From: Candidatus Bathyarchaeota archaeon
Lineage (GTDB): Archaea; Thermoproteota; Bathyarchaeia; Bathyarchaeales; Bathycorpusculaceae
NCBI GenBank assembly: GCA_963702095.1
Contig: OY969706.1
Location: 2,720,001-2,784,000, forward strand
DNA length: 64,000 nucleotides
Direction: 5' to 3'
Shown here: piece by piece, positions 58,202 to 64,000 of the stretch
Position numbering within the stretch: the stretch's first letter is position 1
Layout of the letters: each line of letters opens with the position of its first letter
The notes under the pieces: generated by a model
Told to the model about the DNA's origin: nothing
The model's input: only the letters and a program-made list of their open reading frames with translations
Database searches by the model: none
Made by a program: the position numbers and the translations under genes

Positions 58202-59800
58202 ATGGGTGAAGAGGAACAACTGCAAAGAGCAATCGAAGCAACAATCGCTGCAGGTTACCAGTTAAACAGCGAAGCCTTCGAGTTCCTCATCCAAAACTCT
58301 CAAACCAACGACCCCATGGCAGTAATGAATTTGGTGCTAGAGCGGATGGCTAATCTGGCGGATAAGCCGATGTTTATCGAGCGCAGTTTCTTAGAAACAG
58401 TGGTTCAGCAAGCAGCTATGGCTGTTGCAGAAGTTGTTTATGAGCAGCCTCCCGCGCAGGCGCCCACAGTTCAGCTGTACCCAAGCTACCCCGAGCCAAC
58501 GGCGAAGCCACAGATCAACGCTGCAGATTCGTTCTATCCCTATGCCAAAGACATCGCCTCTGACCTCAAAATCCTCGACGACTCCACCGGCAATCTAACC
58601 TCCAACGGCACCCTCAACGAATATATGGGGCTTTTTCAGGACCGATTTAAACGGGTCGAGAAAATATTGCGCCAAAGAATGGATGTTAAAGCAGCCACCC
58701 CTATAGTGGAAGCCCTCAAATCGCAGCCTAAAACCAAACTAAAAATCATCTGCATGCTAACTGAGAAGCGGGACTCCAAGAACAATATGATCCTCTCTGT
58801 GGAAGACCTTCATGGAAGCGCAACCGTGCTTATCCCTCAGAAGGCACCTGAAGAAGTAAAAAGGAAAGCGCTCATGCTATTGCCGGATACAGTGTTCTGT
58901 GCAGCCGTCATTAAAACCCGAACCAACCTCTTGATGGCAGAAGACATTATTCTTCCAGAAGTAGGCAAAAAAATACCCCAGCGGGCGCAGGAGCCAGTGT
59001 ACGCTGTACTTACCTCAGACACACATATTGGCAGCACAAAATTTACCAAAGAAGCCTTCCGCCGCTTTATCCTTTGGCTCCGAGGCAAATACGGCACGCC
59101 TGAGATGCGGGAAATTGCGGGCCGAGTCAAATACCTGCTTATCGCAGGCGATATAGTTGACGGCATCGGAATTTACCCCGGGCAACAGAACGAAATCACC
59201 ATACGCGATATCCACAAACAATACAATTTTGCCATTAAGTATCTCGAGAAAATTCCCAGTTATATCGAAATCGTGCTCTCGCCCGGCAACCATGACGCCG
59301 CACGCAAATCACTGCCTCAGCCAGCCATACCCGAAGGCTACCTGTCGGCAATCAAAGACAAACCCAATATCCACAGCGTCGGCAGCCCCTGCCTACTCAG
59401 CATCCATGGGGTAGAAGTCCTCATGTACCATGGCCGCAGCTTAGACGACATTATCTCCGTCATCCCAGGCATGGATCATGAGCACCCCGATAAATCAATG
59501 CGGCTTCTCTTGCAGAGCCGGCACTTGGCACCGGTATATGGTGGAAAAACAATGCTTTCCCCAGAGAACCGGGATTACCTAGTCATCGACAGAGTTCCCG
59601 ACATATTCCATGCGGGACACGTACACGTCAACGGCTTGTGCAACTATCGTGGTGTGTTGGTTGTTAATTCGGGCGGTTGGCAGGAACAGACGGATTACAT
59701 GGAAAAGTTGGGGTTGGTCCCCACTCCCGGAAAGGTGCCGGTTGTGAACCTACAAACTATGGAGACCACGATTTTAGATTTTATTAATCCGTTATTCTGA
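58202..59800 (+). CDS. polB: DNA polymerase D small subunit DP1
   Basis: SDTHIGS, AGDIVDG.G.YPGQ, PGNHD, YHG, HLAP, H.GHVH. Confidence 0.97.
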   Translation: MGEEEQLQRAIEATIAAGYQLNSEAFEFLIQNSQTNDPMAVMNLVLERMANLADKPMFIERSFLETVVQQAAMAVAEVVYEQPPAQAPTVQLYPSYPEPTAKPQINAADSFYPYAKDIASDLKILDDSTGNLTSNGTLNEYMGLFQDRFKRVEKILRQRMDVKAATPIVEALKSQPKTKLKIICMLTEKRDSKNNMILSVEDLHGSATVLIPQKAPEEVKRKALMLLPDTVFCAAVIKTRTNLLMAEDIILPEVGKKIPQRAQEPVYAVLTSDTHIGSTKFTKEAFRRFILWLRGKYGTPEMREIAGRVKYLLIAGDIVDGIGIYPGQQNEITIRDIHKQYNFAIKYLEKIPSYIEIVLSPGNHDAARKSLPQPAIPEGYLSAIKDKPNIHSVGSPCLLSIHGVEVLMYHGRSLDDIISVIPGMDHEHPDKSMRLLLQSRHLAPVYGGKTMLSPENRDYLVIDRVPDIFHAGHVHVNGLCNYRGVLVVNSGGWQEQTDYMEKLGLVPTPGKVPVVNLQTMETTILDFINPLF

Positions 59801-61024
59801 GTTTTTACGGGTGTTTTTTGGCTCGTACTGGAGTAGTGGGCTAAAGCGGACGTCGCCGCCAAAGACATCGCGAATTAAGCCTCGGCTGATTTCTAAACGT
59901 ATCTTCTTGGTTCTGCCGTACCTGCCCATGCTCACGACTTTGGCGTTGACCAAACCCATCGAATCCAACTCGTTAACCAAGGTGCCCAGTCGCCGCTGAG
60001 TTAGCAATCCAGCGCCCATTTCACCGCATAACTCATTGTAGACATCGTAGATTTCGCCTGTACTCGCGCTTGGCTTATTGAGGTGGTAGACGCTTAGCAG
60101 TACCAATTTTGAGTGCAGGGTTAAGTTTTTGAGGGCTTCTACGACACGGTTGTGCTCGATGTGTTTTTCAGCTTGTCGCACATGTTCCTCTGTGATGGTT
60201 TTTGCTCCTTGCCGCTCCGCAACTTCGCCTGCAACACGCAACAGGTCCAGGGCACGTCTGGCGTCCCCGTGTTCGGCGGCTGCAAGCGCAGAGGAAATGC
60301 TAAGAGCTGAATCAGAGAGAACGCCGTCTTGGAACGCCAGTTTGGAGCGTTCAAGCAATATGTTACGGAGTTCTTCTGCGTCGTAGGGTCTAAACACGAG
60401 TTCTTCTTCGCTAAGTGAACTAAAGACTCTGGGGTCGAGGAATTCTTTGAGGCGTAAGTCGTTGGATATGCCGATGATGGAGACTTTGCTTTTGTGGAGG
60501 GTTTCGTTGATGCGGGTGAGTTCGTACATGAAGGCGTCGCCTTTGTCCTTGATTAGGGCGTCGACTTCGTCTAGGACGATGATAAAAATTATTCTTGACT
60601 GGTCTAGCCCTGATCGGAAGCGGTCAAAAACTTCACCTACCGACAACCCAGTAAAGGGTATGGATAAGCCTACGCTTTGGCTTAAACTGGCAAAGACACG
60701 GTACTCCGAGCCAGTCATTCGGCAGTTGATATAGCAGAATTTGACTTGGGCACCGTACTCTTTAGCCTTTGATTCCAAGTGGCTCAAAACATATTTTGCG
60801 ACCGCGGTTTTTCCTGTGCCGGTTTTGCCGTAGATGAAAATGTTGGAGCATCGGGCGTCTCTTAGAACAGGCGCTACAGTTGAGCCTAAAAGACGAATCT
60901 GGTCTTCTCTATGTGGAAGCTTCTCTGGAATATAGTCATGTCGAAGAACCTCTCGGTCTTTGAACAGTTTTATACCGTGAACGAAGTTGTCGAATACGTC
61001 GTCGAGTACACTTGAATTTCCCAT
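59792..61024 (-). CDS. cdc6: Orc1/Cdc6 replication initiator
   Basis: YIPEKLPHRE, GKTGTGKT, VLDEVD, GDARRA.DLLR.A, GRYGRT; start placed at ATG 61024. Confidence 0.97.
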   Translation of the reverse strand: MGNSSVLDDVFDNFVHGIKLFKDREVLRHDYIPEKLPHREDQIRLLGSTVAPVLRDARCSNIFIYGKTGTGKTAVAKYVLSHLESKAKEYGAQVKFCYINCRMTGSEYRVFASLSQSVGLSIPFTGLSVGEVFDRFRSGLDQSRIIFIIVLDEVDALIKDKGDAFMYELTRINETLHKSKVSIIGISNDLRLKEFLDPRVFSSLSEEELVFRPYDAEELRNILLERSKLAFQDGVLSDSALSISSALAAAEHGDARRALDLLRVAGEVAERQGAKTITEEHVRQAEKHIEHNRVVEALKNLTLHSKLVLLSVYHLNKPSASTGEIYDVYNELCGEMGAGLLTQRRLGTLVNELDSMGLVNAKVVSMGRYGRTKKIRLEISRGLIRDVFGGDVRFSPLLQYEPKNTRKNSE

Positions 61025-61170
61025 TTGCCCACCCTCGCCTTTCAGAGGTACAACCGTTATTTCGTGTGGAACAGATAAAGGATACAGTACAAAAAACTGG
61101 TTCAAGAACACAATATTCCTAAAAAAGCTGAGGAAAAAGCTGTAGCAGCTAAGTAAACATAGTAGAGCAC

Positions 61171-61379
61171 ACACCCCAAGGTTTCGACTGGAAAAAAAGT
61201 CACTAAATTATAAATTCATATTAATAATATATAATAAAATATACTCTGAGTGATAAATAGGCTTTTTATATATTAATTATTATCATCAAAGAAATTAGAC
61301 ATTTCTTCTGCAAATATTTTTTCAGCCTCTCTAGACTTCTTTTCTGCCAAAAAATCGTCGACTGGAAACATAGGGGTGT
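61171..61379. other. Replication origin oriC: inverted ORBs flanking an AT-rich unwinding element
   Basis: ORB1 61171-61194 (minus TTTCCAGTCGAAACCTTGGGGTGT), AT-rich 61200-61330, ORB2 61357-61379 (GTCGACTGGAAACATAGGGGTGT); directly upstream of cdc6. Confidence 0.9.
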
Positions 61380-61473
61380 CTCTTCATCGATAAATCCATG
61401 GAAATCAATATAAAATCACTGCTTAACCGCTATCTTGGCTTATGGCCAAACTAACTTTAACTTGAACAATTTT

Positions 61474-61801
61474 GTCACCAAAGTTATCGGTAACTTCACA
61501 TTCACAAAACTGTGAACACATGTGAAATAGCATTAAATCTGCCGCTTTATCTAAGCGGTTTTTCGCTGAATTACCCTAATTCTGTTCTACTACAGAGAAT
61601 AAGGCACCCCTTGACTTCTACTGGAAAATCCAAACTAAGCCATACAGACTGGGCTTTTACGGTGTCGTTTCCTTGTGAAGCTGGTTATTCCATAAACAAT
61701 CCAGAAAAAAACTATTTAGCTATTATACGCCTAAATTAGCCTTTTTTTATTGCCATGTTTCACCATCACAGTTATAAGTTGTGAAGTGTAAAGATTGTGA
61801 A
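61474..61801. promoter_or_regulatory. Cluster of TTCAC/GTGAA motifs
   Basis: TTCAC 61495, 61501, 61759; GTGAA 61512, 61522, 61675, 61781, 61797; ATCAC 61765; GTCAC 61474. Confidence 0.6.
61605..61627 (-). promoter_or_regulatory. Third ORB-like element
   Basis: Minus strand TTTCCAGTAGAAGTCAAGGGGTG. Confidence 0.75.
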
Positions 61802-61820
61802 CAACCTATAGGTGCACTGA

Positions 61821-62249
61821 TTGCCGGCTCGTAAAATACGCGTAGAGCTCTTCGATAGCGATGGGAATCGATACACTATCGCTTTTGAGGGTCAAGTGAC
61901 CCGTGACAAAGCTCTGCGACTGCTTGACCTCGTCGAATTGCTAGGCGGTGCGCCAAGCGAAGGCCCAACAGTTAACAGCGGTCCAGCAATGCCTAACCGT
62001 GCACTGTCCCGTTTTGAGAAGGTGCAGTTGGTTATTCAGAAAAATTTTCCGTTAATCTGGTTTTCATCGAAGGAGGTCCAATCAGTCTATGAGCAGGAAC
62101 TCAAAGAACCCGTCAGTTTGAGTACAATCTCAACCTATCTCTCACGTATGGCCGGCAAAGGCTTGCTGCTTAGGACCGGTAGTTCAAACAGCCTCAAGTA
62201 CAAGACAGCGCCAAACATTCCACAGGCAATAAAGCAACACATAAAGTAA
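61821..62249 (+). CDS. Origin-adjacent winged-helix protein
   Basis: N-terminal beta-hairpin/helix domain, linker, FSSKEV...YE......VSLSTISTYLSRM..KGLL.R wHTH. Confidence 0.75.
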   Translation: MPARKIRVELFDSDGNRYTIAFEGQVTRDKALRLLDLVELLGGAPSEGPTVNSGPAMPNRALSRFEKVQLVIQKNFPLIWFSSKEVQSVYEQELKEPVSLSTISTYLSRMAGKGLLLRTGSSNSLKYKTAPNIPQAIKQHIK

Positions 62250-62317
62250 CTTTATAACTGCTTCCCAAGCGATTCACAGAAAAGCTGGTATTGTGAACTG
62301 TAGCATTTTCGTTTTCT

Positions 62318-62455
62318 TTTTTTCTAGTGTTAGAAGAAGAGAGTGTTGCCCTTACTCATCTTCTTCCTATGGGCTTGGTGGGCGGCTGTGTTTTGTGTTC
62401 TACACTAGAAAGGGGTTGCTGGCTGGTTGAGGAGCAAACCACAAGCAGAACCAAA
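62318..62455 (-). repeat. Dispersed element, GAA-type palindrome copy
   Basis: Minus strand CTGCTTGTGGTTTG head; 83 bp identical to 56869-56951. Confidence 0.92.
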
Positions 62456-62531
62456 AAACCTCTCAATTATTATACCGACAGGTTACTAAAGGGTTAAATC
62501 TGCTGTCACGCATTCAAATCGGGGAACGCAT

Positions 62532-63155
62532 ATGTCCACCATAACCGACAAAATCGCAAACGCACTCTACCAATCAGGCTGCCTCCACTTCGGCAGCTTC
62601 AGAATAAAATCCGGAGCCACCAGCCCCTACTACATCGACTTAGCCCGCGTCCTCTCCGCGCCCCAGCAACTCGACGTCATAGCTGAGGTCGCCGCGGAAA
62701 AAATAAAGCAAATCGACGCTTCCGAACACATCGACAAACTTGCCTCTATCGAACTCAAAGGCGCCTTAATCGTGCCCAGCATCGCCGTCAAACTCAACAT
62801 GCCCTGTGTAATTGTGCGCAAGGAATCGAAAGCCTACGGTGTCACGGGCAGAACCGCGGGGGCAGACGTCGCTAAAGGCGACAACATATTGTTCTTCGAC
62901 GATGTGGTCAGCGAGGGGCTTTCAAAAATCGAAGGCGTCAAACCCCTCTTGGAATTGGGCGCCAATGTCAAGCATATGCTGGTGGTGGTTAACCGCGAGC
63001 ACGGCGGCAAAGAGAACCTTGAAAAACTCGGCTACCAAGTTCACGCCCTGGCAAAAATCACTGATATAGTGGCTTCGCTGTCTGTGAACGGGCACATTTC
63101 AAAAGAAGAGGCTGACAGCGTTTTAGAGTACGTGAAGCATTTTAGGGCGCAGTAA
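62532..63155 (+). CDS. pyrE: Orotate phosphoribosyltransferase
   Basis: FG.F..KSG..SPYYID, RKE.K.YG, DDVVSEG.S PRPP motif. Confidence 0.93.
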   Translation: MSTITDKIANALYQSGCLHFGSFRIKSGATSPYYIDLARVLSAPQQLDVIAEVAAEKIKQIDASEHIDKLASIELKGALIVPSIAVKLNMPCVIVRKESKAYGVTGRTAGADVAKGDNILFFDDVVSEGLSKIEGVKPLLELGANVKHMLVVVNREHGGKENLEKLGYQVHALAKITDIVASLSVNGHISKEEADSVLEYVKHFRAQ

Positions 63156-63368
63156 GGTAGAACTGGATAATTCGGTCGGCGACGGCAGTGGAGTAACCGC
63201 TATTTGTCAACGACTGTTTTAAAAGCTTTAACTCGTCTGCTTCCATAGTAACCGCTAATTCCTATGTATTAAACAAAATATAAAGTTAACCAGAATCATC
63301 CGCAGAGCAACTGACCCCTACGTTTATTGGCTGCCACCTCAAACAGTATACCAAAAAGAGTGCCCAAA

Positions 63369-64000
63369 ATGCCCGCCCAAAACCCCATCGTCGAAGCAAT
63401 GCTAAACCCCCAAACCTACCCTGAACCAACAAGCAAAGTCGAACTCATCCAAACCCACATCTCCTATGTCTTTCTAACCGAAAAATACGCCTACAAGATT
63501 AAGAAACCCGTAAACTTTGGCTTCCTAGACTTCTCCACACTCGAGCAGCGCCATGACTACTGCGAAAAGGAACTCCAGCTAAACAAGCGGCTGTGCCCAG
63601 AAATTTACCTTGAAGTCGTCCCCATCAACAAATCTGCAATCCTCAAAATCAACGGCGACGGAGAAACGGTTGAGTATGCCTTGAAAATGAAGCGGCTTCC
63701 ACAGGACCGCATCATGACTCAACTGCTCCAAAAGGGCAAAATCGACAAAAAAGTCATCGACGAACTCGCCAAGATAGTCGCCAAATTCCACGGCGAAGCT
63801 GCGACCAACGCTGAAATCAACGAGTTCGGTTCCCTCAAGATTGTTAAGACTAACTGGGACGAAAACTTTGCTCAAACCACAAAGTACATTGGGCAAACAA
63901 CATCCAAAGAAGACTTCGACTTTATCAAAGCTAAAATCGATTGGTTCATCGCCAAAAACAACGTGCTCTTTCAAAGCCGAATCGACGGCAAACGCATCCG
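63369..64000 (+). CDS. Aminoglycoside-phosphotransferase-like kinase (COG2187 type), 5' part, runs off window
   Basis: Manual translation MPAQNPIVEAMLNPQTYP...IQTHISYVFLTEKYAYKIKKPVNFGFLDFSTLEQR..CEKEL.LNKRL. Confidence 0.85.
   Translation, partial: MPAQNPIVEAMLNPQTYPEPTSKVELIQTHISYVFLTEKYAYKIKKPVNFGFLDFSTLEQRHDYCEKELQLNKRLCPEIYLEVVPINKSAILKINGDGETVEYALKMKRLPQDRIMTQLLQKGKIDKKVIDELAKIVAKFHGEAATNAEINEFGSLKIVKTNWDENFAQTTKYIGQTTSKEDFDFIKAKIDWFIAKNNVLFQSRIDGKRI

Noticed and set aside
61025-61174. 50-aa N-terminal extension of Cdc6 in the ORF track
   Set aside because: Runs into ORB1 and is not Cdc6-like; ATG 61024 has a purine-rich upstream sequence and gives a normal ~410-aa protein.
1-64000. 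tRNA, rRNA, SRP RNA, transposase, intein
   Set aside because: None recognised by eye; a tRNAscan-SE/Infernal run would be needed to exclude them formally.

Overview
Archaeal chromosomal window, most likely Bathyarchaeia (TACK). This is inferred from PolD plus Elf1, a thaumarchaeal-type archaeosortase and secreted PQQ-propeller proteins. It is mostly core information-processing genes: eIF2g end, rpoE1-spt4-rps24e-rps27ae, rpl3-4-23-2-rps19, PCNA-priL-priS-GINS, TFS, rpoL, csl4, dph2, ppsA, rpl10e, ksgA-rpoF-rpl21e-pus10-srp54, eIF5A, nob1, sec61b, PolD DP2/DP1 and cdc6 with a clear oriC (ORBs plus AT-rich DUE). The unexplained structure is largely non-coding. (1) Dense ATCAC/GTGAT and TTCAC/GTGAA arrays surround three unannotated DNA-binding genes near the origin; one encodes a membrane anchor, coiled coil and winged helix, making this a candidate ParA-independent origin tethering or segregation system. 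(2) At least 9 copies of a ~130-150 bp intergenic element carry a GWWGWWG...CWWCWWC palindrome; two copies identical over 83 bp bracket the oriC block. (3) An orphan HTH + large terminase module has no other viral genes and is bounded by that element. (4) A second dispersed structured element (4 copies) reads 'MEPCTACG...'. (5) A 115-bp direct repeat surrounds a radical SAM gene. (6) There is one candidate C/D box sRNA. Several small frameshifts, including one in essential rpl3, look like assembly errors. All calls are by eye; no searches were run.
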